NCBI RefSeq assembly: GCF_000021865.1 | Contig: NC_014034.1 | Location: 3,420,001-3,452,000, forward strand | Reading direction: 5' to 3' | DNA length: 32,000 bases | Origin: Rhodobacter capsulatus SB 1003 | Lineage (GTDB): Bacteria > Pseudomonadota > Alphaproteobacteria > Rhodobacterales > Rhodobacteraceae | Shown: positions 9,370 through 18,155 of the stretch, piece after piece | Layout of the letters: each line of letters opens with the position of its first letter | Numbering within the stretch: position 1 is the first letter of the stretch | Made by a program: the position numbers and the translations under genes | The notes under the pieces: model-generated | Seen by the model: the letters and a program-made list of their open reading frames with translations, nothing else | Told to the model about the DNA's origin: nothing | Database searches by the model: none

Positions 9370-9991
9370 GCCGCTGGTTCTGGGCTTTGACACTTCGGCC
9401 GCGCATTGCGCGGCCGCTTTGGTTCGGGGCGGCACCGTTCTGGCCGCCCGCGCCGAGGACATGGCCAAGGGGCAGGCCGAACGGCTGATGCCGCTTCTGG
9501 AAGAGCTGCTGGCCGAGGCGGGCCTTGGTTGGCACGATCTGGACGCGCTTGGCGTCGGCACCGGGCCCGGCAATTTCACCGGCGTGCGGATTTCCGTCGC
9601 CGCCGCCCGCGGTCTGGCGCTGGGGCTGGGCATCCCGGCGGTGGGCGTTTCCGTCTTCGAGGCGCTGGCCCAGGATGCCCCCCGCCCGGTCGCGGTGGCG
9701 CTTGATGCGCGGCGCGACGAGGCCTATGCGCAGCTTTTCACCGCGACGGGCGCCGAGGCCCCGACCCTGACCCCCGCCGCCGATCTGGCGCAGGCTCTGG
9801 CCGGGGTCCAGGTGATCGGCCTCGCGCTGCCGCACTCGGCGCCGCTTGCCCCCCGCCATCCGCTGGCCGTGGCGGTGGCGCTGGTCGCAGCCTTTAAATG
9901 CGGCACGCCGCAGCCCCGCCCGGCGCCGCTTTACCTGCGCGGTGCCGATGCCGCGCCGCCCTCGGACCCGCCGCCGGTGATTCTCGACTGA
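9359..9991 (+). CDS. tsaB: tRNA t6A37 biosynthesis protein TsaB (YeaZ)
   Basis: The TTG start at 9359 overlaps the nfu end. Motifs include LVLGFDTSAAHCAAAL and LGVGTGPGNFTGVRISVAAARGLALG. 210 aa, followed by rimI as in many bacteria. Confidence 0.85.
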   Translation: MRSEPLVLGFDTSAAHCAAALVRGGTVLAARAEDMAKGQAERLMPLLEELLAEAGLGWHDLDALGVGTGPGNFTGVRISVAAARGLALGLGIPAVGVSVFEALAQDAPRPVAVALDARRDEAYAQLFTATGAEAPTLTPAADLAQALAGVQVIGLALPHSAPLAPRHPLAVAVALVAAFKCGTPQPRPAPLYLRGADAAPPSDPPPVILD

Positions 9992-10410
9992 TGACGCCCG
10001 ACGCCCTCGCCGCCCTGCATGCCCGCTGCTTCACCACGCCCCGGCCGTGGAACGCCCCGGAATTTGCCGATTTTCTGGGCTCTCGCTTCTGTTTCCTGCT
10101 GACCGAACCGGCAGGCTTCCTGCTTGGCCGGGTGATCGCCGACGAGGCCGAACTGCTGACCGTCGCCGTCGATCCGGCGGCGCGGCGGCAGGGCATGGGG
10201 GCGCGGCTGCTGACCGGCTTTGCCACCGCCGCAAGGGCCCGCGGCGCCACGACCGCCTTTCTGGAAGTCGCCGCCGGAAACGCCCCGGCGCAGGCGCTTT
10301 ACCGGCAGGCGGGCTGGGTCGAGACCGGCCGCCGCCGCGGCTATTACCACGCCCCCGACGGCACCGCGGAAGACGCGCTTTTGCTGGGCTGCGACCTGTC
10401 GCGCGGCTGA
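9991..10410 (+). CDS. rimI: Ribosomal-protein-alanine N-acetyltransferase RimI (GNAT)
   Basis: The ATG at 9991 overlaps the tsaB stop (ATGA). It has the GNAT acetyl-CoA motif LLTVAVDPAARRQGMGARLL and is 139 aa. Confidence 0.8.
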   Translation: MTPDALAALHARCFTTPRPWNAPEFADFLGSRFCFLLTEPAGFLLGRVIADEAELLTVAVDPAARRQGMGARLLTGFATAARARGATTAFLEVAAGNAPAQALYRQAGWVETGRRRGYYHAPDGTAEDALLLGCDLSRG

Positions 10411-10545
10411 GGCCGTGCCGCGAAGTCCCCCTTGACCCCCTGCCCCGGTTCTGGCCCTATCGGCGGCGGGTTGCCCCCTCGCCGGGCGGACCGAAACGGA
10501 CAGAGGCCGCCAGAACCGGCGGCCATAGTCGACAGGAGAGATGTC

Positions 10546-11640
10546 ATGAAGAACGTTTTGCTGGGAACCGTCGCTTTCCTCGCGGTGGCTGCGGTCGGTG
10601 GGTATGTCCTCGTCCTCAAGCCCGGAGCGTCTTCCGCCCCGCAACCCACCCCCGCCGCCGAACCCGCCCCCGCGGCCGCCACCCCGGCTGCCCCGGCGGC
10701 CGATGCCACCGCCGCGGCAGGTCCGGCGCTGATCTTCGATCTGGGCGGCAAATTCGACAAATCCTTCAACGAAGCCGCCTTCAACGGCGCGCAGAAATGG
10801 GCGGCCGAGACCGGCGCGACCTTCAAGGAACTGGAAATGCAGTCGGAAGCCCAGCGCGAACAGGCGCTGCGCCGCTTCGCCGAGGCGGGCGCGAACCCGA
10901 TCGCGATGACCGGCTTCGCCTTTGGCGACGTGCTCAACACCGTCGCCCCGGACTATCCGAACACGAAATTCGTCATCGTCGATGCGGTCGTCGATCAGCC
11001 GAATGTGCGCTCGGTGGTGTTCCAGGAGGAACAGGGCTCCTATCTGGTCGGCATGATGGCGGCGATGGCCTCGAAGACCGGCACCGTGGGCTTTGTCGGC
11101 GGCATGGACATTCCGCTGATCCGCAAGTTCGAATGCGGCTATGCGCAGGGCGCGAAAGCGGCGAAACCGGATATCAAGGTCGTCTACAACATGACCGGCA
11201 CCACCCCCGCGGCCTGGAACGACCCGGTGAAGGGCTCGGAGCTGACCAAGGCGCAGATCGCCCAGGGCGCCGATGTGGTCTTTGCCGCCGCGGGCTCGAC
11301 CGGGCTTGGCATCCTGCAGACCGCCGCGGATGAAAACATCCTCGGCATCGGCGTCGACAGCAACCAGAACTTCCTGCATCCGGGCAAGATCCTGACCTCG
11401 ATGATCAAGCGCGTCGATGTCACGATCTATGACGCCTTCAAGGAAGGCGCCGACATGAAGACCGGCAAGGTCATCGCCGGGCTGAAGGACGACGGCATCG
11501 GCTATGCGCTGGATGACAACAACGCCAAGCTGGTGACGCCGGAAATGAAGGCCGCGGTCGATGCCGCCGCCGAAAAGATCAAGTCGGGCGAGATCCAGGT
11601 GCACGACTACATGACGGACAACACCTGCCCGGTGAACTGA
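10546..11640 (+). CDS. BMP-family (PnrA/Med-like) ABC transporter substrate-binding protein, probably nucleoside-binding
   Basis: The ATG at 10546 is preceded by AGGAGAG. The mature part (LIFDLGGKFDKSFNEAAFNGAQKW..., GFVGGMDIPLIRKFECGYAQGAK) is typical of the BMP family. The N-terminus is one hydrophobic helix plus a Pro/Ala-rich linker, with no lipobox Cys. Confidence 0.87.
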   Translation: MKNVLLGTVAFLAVAAVGGYVLVLKPGASSAPQPTPAAEPAPAAATPAAPAADATAAAGPALIFDLGGKFDKSFNEAAFNGAQKWAAETGATFKELEMQSEAQREQALRRFAEAGANPIAMTGFAFGDVLNTVAPDYPNTKFVIVDAVVDQPNVRSVVFQEEQGSYLVGMMAAMASKTGTVGFVGGMDIPLIRKFECGYAQGAKAAKPDIKVVYNMTGTTPAAWNDPVKGSELTKAQIAQGADVVFAAAGSTGLGILQTAADENILGIGVDSNQNFLHPGKILTSMIKRVDVTIYDAFKEGADMKTGKVIAGLKDDGIGYALDDNNAKLVTPEMKAAVDAAAEKIKSGEIQVHDYMTDNTCPVN

Positions 11641-13232
11641 TGGCATCGGCAACCGACACGGGGCGGCAGGCAACTGCCGCCCTCGCCGCAAGACCGCCTG
11701 CGATCGAGCTGCGGGGGATTTCGAAATCCTTCGGCGCGGTGCAGGCGAACAAGGATATTTCGATCCGCGTGATGCCGGGCACGATCCACGGCATCGTCGG
11801 CGAGAACGGCGCGGGCAAATCGACGCTGATGTCGATCCTTTACGGCTTTTACCGCGCCGATGCGGGCGACATCCTGATCGACGGCCGCCCCACCGTCATT
11901 CCCGACAGTCAGGCCGCGATCCGCGCGGGCATCGGGATGGTGTTCCAGCATTTCAAGCTGGTGCCGAATTTCTCGGTTCTGGAAAACGTGATCCTCGGTG
12001 CCGAAGAGGGCGCGCTGTTGCGCCCCTCGCTTTCCAAGGCGCGGAAAACGCTGGCCGATCTGGCGCGGGACTACGAACTTGACGTCGATCCCGACGCCCT
12101 TGTCGAAGACCTTTCCGTGGGCCATCAGCAGCGCGTCGAGATTCTCAAGGCGCTTTATCGCCACGCCGACATTCTCATTCTGGACGAGCCGACCGGGGTT
12201 CTGACCCCGGACGAGGCCGACCATCTGTTTCGCATCCTGCGCGGGCTGAAGGCGCAGGGCAAGACGATCCTCCTGATCACCCACAAGCTGCGCGAGATCA
12301 TGGAGATCACCGATGCCGTCTCGGTGATGCGCCGCGGCGAGATGGTGGCGACCGTCACCACCGCCGAAACCAGCCCCGAACAGCTGGCCGAGCTGATGGT
12401 GGGCCGCAAGGTGCTGTTGCATGTGCCCAAGGGCCCCGCCAACCCGGGGCGCGAGGTGCTGCGAATTGACGATCTGCGCGTCACCGATGCGCAGGGCGTG
12501 GCGCGGCTCAAGGGCATCAGCCTGACGATCCGCGCGGGCGAGATCCTCGGCATCGCGGGCGTCGCGGGCAACGGCCAGTCGGAGCTGTTGCAGGTGCTGG
12601 GCGGCTTCGCCAAGGGCAAGGTCAGCGGCACAATCGCGGTCGAGGGCGTGCAGATCCCCGCCGCGGGCAAGGGCGCGACCGGCCAGACGCGGCGGCAGAT
12701 CGGGATCGCGCATGTGCCCGAGGATCGCCACCACCTCGGCCTGATCCTGGATTTCGCGGCCTGGGAAAACATCGCTTTCGGCTATCATTCCGCGCCGGAC
12801 TATCAGGCGAATGCCCTTTTCATGGACAATGACGCCATCCTGCGCGACACCAAGGGCAAGATGGAGCGGTTTGACGTGCGCCCGCCCGATCCGTCCCTGC
12901 CCGCGAAAAGCTTTTCCGGCGGCAATCAGCAGAAAATCGTGCTGGCGCGGGAAATCGAGCGCAATCCGGTGCTGCTGCTCGTCGGTCAGCCGACGCGCGG
13001 GGTCGATATCGGCGCCATCGAATTCATCCACCGCCGCATCGTCGAATTGCGCGACGCGGGGGCGGCGGTGCTGCTGGTCTCGGTCGAACTGGATGAAATC
13101 CTGTCGCTTTCGGACCGCATCGCGGTGATGTTCGACGGCCAGATCATGGGCGAGCGTCTGCCCGCCGAGACGAACGAACGCGAGCTGGGCCTTTTGATGG
13201 CCGGGGTCGCCAGCACCGCGGGGGCGGCGTGA
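11640..13232 (+). CDS. ABC transporter ATP-binding protein with duplicated ATPase domains
   Basis: 530 aa. Walker A motifs are GENGAGKST and [10 protein letters not shown]. Signature motifs are [11 protein letters not shown] and FSGGNQQK. Walker B motifs are ILILDEPT and [13 protein letters not shown] overlap with the binding-protein gene. Confidence 0.92.
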   Translation: MASATDTGRQATAALAARPPAIELRGISKSFGAVQANKDISIRVMPGTIHGIVGENGAGKSTLMSILYGFYRADAGDILIDGRPTVIPDSQAAIRAGIGMVFQHFKLVPNFSVLENVILGAEEGALLRPSLSKARKTLADLARDYELDVDPDALVEDLSVGHQQRVEILKALYRHADILILDEPTGVLTPDEADHLFRILRGLKAQGKTILLITHKLREIMEITDAVSVMRRGEMVATVTTAETSPEQLAELMVGRKVLLHVPKGPANPGREVLRIDDLRVTDAQGVARLKGISLTIRAGEILGIAGVAGNGQSELLQVLGGFAKGKVSGTIAVEGVQIPAAGKGATGQTRRQIGIAHVPEDRHHLGLILDFAAWENIAFGYHSAPDYQANALFMDNDAILRDTKGKMERFDVRPPDPSLPAKSFSGGNQQKIVLAREIERNPVLLLVGQPTRGVDIGAIEFIHRRIVELRDAGAAVLLVSVELDEILSLSDRIAVMFDGQIMGERLPAETNERELGLLMAGVASTAGAA

Positions 13233-14335
13233 TGGAGAAACTTCCGGCTTGGGCCGATCTGGTGCTGGTGCCGCTGATTTCGCTTTTGCTGGCGGCGCTG
13301 ATCTCGGCGCTTGTCGTGCTGGGCATCGGCGGCGACCCGATCGAGGCGGTCTCGGTGATGGTCAAGGGCGCGCTTGGTTCCGCTTACGGCTGGGGCTACA
13401 CGCTTTACTACACCACCTCCTTCATCTTCACCGGGCTTGCGGTCACCGTTGCCTATCACGCCAGCCAGTTCAACATCGGCGGCGAGGGACAGGCGCAGCT
13501 GGGCGGCCTTGGCGTCGCGCTGGTGCTTTTGGCCTTTGACTGGCCGCATTGGTCGGTGGCGCTGATCGCCGCCAGCCTGGGCGCGGCGGCTTTCGGCGCG
13601 GCCTGGGCGGCGATTCCGGCCTGGCTGCAGGCGAAACGCGGCAGCCATATCGTCATCACCACGATCATGTTCAACTATATCGCCGCGGCGCTGATCGTCT
13701 ATCTTCTGGTCGAGGTGCTGCGCCCGGTGGGTCAGATGGACCCGGCCACGGCGCGGTTCCCGGCGGCAACGCATCTGCCAAGCTTCGGCGAAATCCCGGG
13801 CCTGTCGCTGATCTTCTCGAAACAGGTGCCGGCGAATGTCTCGTTCTTTCTGGCCATTGCCGCCTGTGTCGCGGTCTGGGCGCTCTTGTGGCGGACCCGG
13901 CTGGGCTATGAGATCCGCGCCTTCGGCAAATCCGAAAGCGCCGCCGTCTATGCCGGGATCTCGCCCACCCGCGTCATCCTTGTCTCGATGCTGATTTCGG
14001 GCGGGCTGGCCGGGCTGATGGCGGTGAACAACGTCATGGGCGAGGCCGAACGGCTGATGCAGAACGCGTCCGAAGGGGCGGGTTTCATCGGCATCGCGGT
14101 CGCGCTGATGGGGCGCAACCATCCGCTGGGCGTCTTCCTCGCCGCGCTGCTCTTTGGCTTCCTCTATCAGGGCGGGGCGGAAATGGGGCTTTGGACCACC
14201 ATCCCGATCGAGCTGCGCACGCTTCTGCAGGGCCTCGTGATCCTGTTCACCGGGGCGCTTGATACGATGGTGCGGATGATGCTGGCGCCCGCCTTCCGGC
14301 TGGTCGCGGCGAAGCGCATCGGGGGGGCGGCGTGA
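13229..14335 (+). CDS. ABC transporter permease (BMP/nucleoside-type, first subunit)
   Basis: 368 aa polytopic membrane protein. GTGATGG junction with the ATPase gene. Confidence 0.9.
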   Translation: MMEKLPAWADLVLVPLISLLLAALISALVVLGIGGDPIEAVSVMVKGALGSAYGWGYTLYYTTSFIFTGLAVTVAYHASQFNIGGEGQAQLGGLGVALVLLAFDWPHWSVALIAASLGAAAFGAAWAAIPAWLQAKRGSHIVITTIMFNYIAAALIVYLLVEVLRPVGQMDPATARFPAATHLPSFGEIPGLSLIFSKQVPANVSFFLAIAACVAVWALLWRTRLGYEIRAFGKSESAAVYAGISPTRVILVSMLISGGLAGLMAVNNVMGEAERLMQNASEGAGFIGIAVALMGRNHPLGVFLAALLFGFLYQGGAEMGLWTTIPIELRTLLQGLVILFTGALDTMVRMMLAPAFRLVAAKRIGGAA

Positions 14336-15309
14336 TGGATTACATGACGCTGATCGAGATCCTCGGCTCGACCCTGCGGCTGGGCACGCCGCTTCTCTTG
14401 GCCTGCATCGCCGGGCTTTATTCCGAGCGCGCGGGCATTTTCGACATCGGGCTTGAGGGCAAGATGCTGATGGCCGCCATGGCCTCGGGCGCGGTGGCGG
14501 CACTGAGCGGCTCGGCCTGGATCGGGCTGGGCGCGGGCATCCTTGCGTCGCTTCTCTTCGCGGCGATCCACGGGCTTGCCTCGATCACCTTTCGCGGCAA
14601 TCAGCTGATTTCCGGGGTGGCGCTGAACTTCGTCGCCTCGGGGGCGACGATCCTGATCGCGCAGACGGCTTTCGGACAGGGCGGCCGCACGCCGCCGCTG
14701 ATGGGTGAGGCCCGGTTTCAGGGCATCACCCTGCCCTTTGCCGAGGCGCTCTCGGGGGTGCCGTTCCTTGGCCCCTTCTACGCCAAGGTGATCTCGGGGC
14801 AATCGCTGCTGGTCTATCTGGCGCTGGCCATCGTGCCGCTGACCTGGTGGCTGCTTTACCGCACCCGCTTCGGGCTGCGGCTGCGGGCAGTGGGCGAGAA
14901 CCCGGAATCGGTCGATACCGCGGGGGTTTCGGTGGTGCGGCTGCGCTATACCGCCGTCGCGCTGACCGGGGTTTTGTGCGGCATCGCCGGGGCCTATATG
15001 GCGACCTCGCTGCAGGCGGGTTTCGGCCGCGAGATGACGGCGGGGCGCGGCTACATCGCCTTGGCCGCGCTGATCTTCGCGAAATGGCGGCCCTGGCAGG
15101 CGCTTTGGGCAACGATGCTCTTTGGCTTCCTGCAGGCGCTGGCGCTACGCCCCGACGTGATCGAGGCGATGTCGCCGGGCAGCCTGACCATCCCGGTCTC
15201 CTTCCTCGATGCGCTGCCCTATCTTCTGACCGTGATCGTGCTGGCGGGCTTCGTCGGCCGCGCCATCCCCCCCCGTGCCGGAGGCCAACCCTATGTCAAA
15301 GAGCGCTGA
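14332..15309 (+). CDS. ABC transporter permease (second subunit)
   Basis: 325 aa polytopic membrane protein, with the same GCGGCGTGATGGA junction as the previous gene boundary. Confidence 0.9.
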   Translation: MMDYMTLIEILGSTLRLGTPLLLACIAGLYSERAGIFDIGLEGKMLMAAMASGAVAALSGSAWIGLGAGILASLLFAAIHGLASITFRGNQLISGVALNFVASGATILIAQTAFGQGGRTPPLMGEARFQGITLPFAEALSGVPFLGPFYAKVISGQSLLVYLALAIVPLTWWLLYRTRFGLRLRAVGENPESVDTAGVSVVRLRYTAVALTGVLCGIAGAYMATSLQAGFGREMTAGRGYIALAALIFAKWRPWQALWATMLFGFLQALALRPDVIEAMSPGSLTIPVSFLDALPYLLTVIVLAGFVGRAIPPRAGGQPYVKER

Positions 15310-16093
15310 ACTTGCCGATCTGATCCGCGCCCGCGCCGGGGCGGAACCGCCCGCGATCGGGCTGATCCTTGGCTCGGGCCTTGGCCATATCGCCGAAGAG
15401 GTGGAGGGCTGCGGCATCGATTACGCCGAGCTGCCCGGCTTTCCCCATGCCGGGGTGTCCGGGCACAATCCGAAACTGGTGATCGGCCAGCTGGAAGGGG
15501 TGCGGGTCGCGGTTTTCGGCGGGCGGGCGCATTACTACGAACGCGGAAACCCGGCCGAGATGCGGCTGCCCTTGGAAATCCTGCGCGATCTGGGCTGTTC
15601 GGAGCTTCTGTTGACCAATGCCGCCGGGTCTTTGCGCGACGATATCGGCCCGGGCGATCTGATGGCGCTCTGCGATCACATCAACTTCGCCGGGGCGAAC
15701 CCGCTTGTCGGCGAGCCGCGCGACGCCCGCTTCGTGCCGATGACCGAAGCTTACGATCCGCAGATCCGCGCCGCGCTGCAAACCGCCGCCGCGGCCGAGG
15801 GGATCGCCCTGCCCGAGGGCGTCTATTGCTGGTTCTCCGGTCCCTCGTTCGAAACCCCGGCCGAAATCCGCGCCGCGAAAATCCTCGGCGCCGATGCGGT
15901 CGGCATGTCGACCGTGCCCGAGGTGATCCTGGCCCGCTTCCTCGGCCTGCGGGTCGCCGCCGTCTCGGTCGTCACCAACATGGGCGCGGGGCTGTCCTCC
16001 GAGGCGATCAGCCACGACCACACCAAGGCGATGGCCCCCCTGGGTGCTGCGAAATTCGAGCGGATCCTGCGACGGTTCCTGCGGTCTCGGTAA
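15293..16093 (+). CDS. Purine nucleoside phosphorylase (trimeric PNP / inosine-guanosine type)
   Basis: The ATG at 15293 is preceded by GGAGG, 8 nt upstream. Motifs include GLILGSGLG, GRAHYYE and GADAVGMSTVPEVILARFLG. The start lies 17 nt inside the end of the permease gene. Confidence 0.9.
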   Translation: MSKSAELADLIRARAGAEPPAIGLILGSGLGHIAEEVEGCGIDYAELPGFPHAGVSGHNPKLVIGQLEGVRVAVFGGRAHYYERGNPAEMRLPLEILRDLGCSELLLTNAAGSLRDDIGPGDLMALCDHINFAGANPLVGEPRDARFVPMTEAYDPQIRAALQTAAAAEGIALPEGVYCWFSGPSFETPAEIRAAKILGADAVGMSTVPEVILARFLGLRVAAVSVVTNMGAGLSSEAISHDHTKAMAPLGAAKFERILRRFLRSR

Positions 16094-16165
16094 CGTTACG
16101 GAAAGCCCCCCTTGCTACGCTATGACGCACGGGGCATGGTGGGGCAACCAAGCCGTCGGACACCC

Positions 16166-17086
16166 ATGCAGATCTACCTCCCCATTGCCGAGGTATCGGT
16201 CAACATCTTCCTGTTGCTGGGTCTGGGCGGCCTTGTCGGGCTGCTTTCAGGCCTTTTCGGCGTGGGCGGCGGCTTCATTATCACGCCGCTTCTGTTCTTC
16301 ATCGGCATTCCGCCCACCGTCGCCGTGGCCACCGGCGCCAATCAGGTCGTCGCCTCCTCGGTCTCGGGGGTGCTGGCGCAGTTTCGCCGCAAGGCGGTCG
16401 ATGTGCCGATGGGGATGGTGCTGCAGGCGGGCGGCCTTCTTGGTTCGGGGCTGGGCATCCTCGTCTTCAACTGGCTGACCCGGCTCGGTCAGGTCGATCT
16501 GGCGGTGCAGCTGGCCTATGTCGTGTTTCTGGGCGGCATCGGCGCGATGATGCTGCAGGAATCGATCCGTGCGCTGCGCCGCGCCAACCGCCCCGGGGCG
16601 GTGCGGCCCCGCGATCAAAGCCGCAAGCTGGTGCACCGGCTGCCCTTCAAGATGCGGTTTCGCACCTCGGGGCTTTACATCTCGGTCATCCCGCCCTTCG
16701 TCATCGGCATGGCGGTGGGCGTTCTGGCCGCGGTGATGGGGGTGGGCGGCGGCTTCATCATGGTCCCCGCGATGATCTACCTGCTCGGCATGCCGACCAA
16801 GGTGGTGATCGGCACCTCGCTGTTTCAGATCCTGATCGTCTCGGCCTTCACCACGCTCCTGCATGCGATCACCAACCAGTCGGTCGATGTGATGCTGGCG
16901 CTTTTGCTGATCGTCGGCGGCGTCGTGGGCGCGCAGATCGGCACCCGCCTTGGCGCGAAGCTGAGGGCCGAACAGCTGCGCATCCTGCTGGCCCTGCTGG
17001 TTCTGGCCGTCGCGCTGAAACTGGGGCTGGATCTGGTCTTGCCGCCTTCCGAGCTTTACAGCCTGCAGACGGGGGCTTCGCGATGA
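16166..17086 (+). CDS. TSUP-family (TauE/SafE, DUF81) membrane transporter
   Basis: The ATG at 16166 gives MQIYLPIAEVSVNIFLLLGLGGLVGLLSGLFGVGGGFIITPLL. A second half-repeat contains VMGVGGGFIMVPAMIYLLGMP. About 306 aa with 8 or more TM helices. Confidence 0.85.
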   Translation: MQIYLPIAEVSVNIFLLLGLGGLVGLLSGLFGVGGGFIITPLLFFIGIPPTVAVATGANQVVASSVSGVLAQFRRKAVDVPMGMVLQAGGLLGSGLGILVFNWLTRLGQVDLAVQLAYVVFLGGIGAMMLQESIRALRRANRPGAVRPRDQSRKLVHRLPFKMRFRTSGLYISVIPPFVIGMAVGVLAAVMGVGGGFIMVPAMIYLLGMPTKVVIGTSLFQILIVSAFTTLLHAITNQSVDVMLALLLIVGGVVGAQIGTRLGAKLRAEQLRILLALLVLAVALKLGLDLVLPPSELYSLQTGASR

Positions 17087-17841
17087 TCCTGCGCCTGCTT
17101 CTGCTGCTGCTCCTGACCGCCCTGCCCGCCCGGGCCGAACGGGTCGTGGCGGGCATCAGCGCCGACAATATCGGCATCACCGCGGCTTTCGACGGCTCCT
17201 CGGTGCTGATCTTCGGCGCGGTCAAACGCGATGCCCCCGAACCCGAGGGGCAGCTGGGCGTCATCGTCACGCTGGAAGGCCCGCAGCAAAAGGTCACCGT
17301 GCGGCGCAAGACCCGGGAAATGGGGATCTGGGTCAACAGCGACAAGATGGTGATTTCCTCGGTGCCCAGCTTTTACGCCGTCGCCTCCTCGGCGCCGCTG
17401 GACCGGATCCTGTCGCCCGAGACCGATGCGGCGGAACGCATTTCCGTGCCCGTCGCGGTCGAGGCCTATGCCGGGCCGCTCGGCCGCAGCGACGGCCGCC
17501 CCTTCGCCGAGGCGCTGTTGCGGCTGCGTGAGGGCACGGGGGCCTATTCGGTGTCCGAACGCGCGGTGACGCTGGCGGCCGACACGCTGTTTCGCGCCGA
17601 TTTCGATCTGCCCGCGAACCTGATCGAGGGCGATTACACCGCGCGGATGTATCTTCTGCGCGAGGGCAAGGTGATCGACCAGACCCATGCCTCGATCAAG
17701 GTGCGCCGGATCGGGCTGGAACGCTTCACCTATGCGCTGTCGCGCGAACAGCCGCTGCTTTACGGGCTCTTGTCGCTGGGTCTGGCGATCTTCGCGGGCT
17801 GGGCGGCGGCGGCGGCGTTCCGGCTGATCCGCAATTCCTGA
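17083..17841 (+). CDS. Alphaproteobacterial membrane-anchored periplasmic protein of unknown function (TIGR02186 / Alph_Pro_TM-like, assignment from memory)
   Basis: 252 aa. The signal peptide is MILRLLLLLLLTALPARA and the C-terminal TM helix is LLYGLLSLGLAIFAGWAAAAAF. ATGA overlap with the TauE-like gene. Confidence 0.62.
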   Translation: MILRLLLLLLLTALPARAERVVAGISADNIGITAAFDGSSVLIFGAVKRDAPEPEGQLGVIVTLEGPQQKVTVRRKTREMGIWVNSDKMVISSVPSFYAVASSAPLDRILSPETDAAERISVPVAVEAYAGPLGRSDGRPFAEALLRLREGTGAYSVSERAVTLAADTLFRADFDLPANLIEGDYTARMYLLREGKVIDQTHASIKVRRIGLERFTYALSREQPLLYGLLSLGLAIFAGWAAAAAFRLIRNS

Positions 17842-17846
17842 CAGCT

Positions 17847-18083
17847 TCAGAACGCCCGAAAGGTCATCGTCGTCAGGGTGCGGGCGATGCCCTCGATGCC
17901 GAACAGGGTCTCGTTCAGCCAATGGCCGACATCGGCCTCTTCGGGGATGTAGACCTTGGCGATCAGGTCATATTCGCCCGAGGTGGAATAAAGCTCGCTC
18001 ACCACCTCGCGTTCATAGATGGCATCGGCCACGGCATAGGTCTTGCCGGGCTGGCAACGGAACTGGACGAAAACGCAACGCAT
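17847..18083 (-). CDS. Stand-alone Lrp/AsnC-type RAM (ligand-binding) domain protein with no HTH domain
   Basis: The ATG at 18083 is preceded by GAGGAGG, 7 nt upstream. The 78-aa product is MRCVFVQFRCQPGKTYAVADAIYEREVVSELYSTSGEYDLIAKVYIPEEADVGHWLNETLFGIEGIARTLTTMTFRAF. It shows the beta-alpha-beta-beta-alpha-beta pattern and the GEYD...V motif of AsnC C-terminal domains. Confidence 0.7.
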   Translation of the reverse strand: MRCVFVQFRCQPGKTYAVADAIYEREVVSELYSTSGEYDLIAKVYIPEEADVGHWLNETLFGIEGIARTLTTMTFRAF

Positions 18084-18155
18084 CGCGGGCCTCCTCGGGG
18101 CGGGGCAGATTGGGGTTGTCGCCAGATTAGGCGGCGGCAACGAAAAGGAAAAGCC

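Noticed and set aside
10425-10545. A candidate promoter (CTTGAC-N18-CCCTAT) and a GGCCGCC/GGCGGCC hairpin upstream of the BMP operon.
   Set aside because: The -10 is poor and the spacing ambiguous. The hairpin is short and GC-driven. This is too weak to report as a feature.
18095-18125. A hairpin between the helicase stop and the RAM-domain gene (GTTGTCGCC...GGCGGCAAC) as a possible terminator.
   Set aside because: The stem is 9 bp with a G-U pair and a 9-nt loop. No U-tract follows it on the minus strand (CCCAAUCUGCCCC). It is more consistent with co-transcription than termination.
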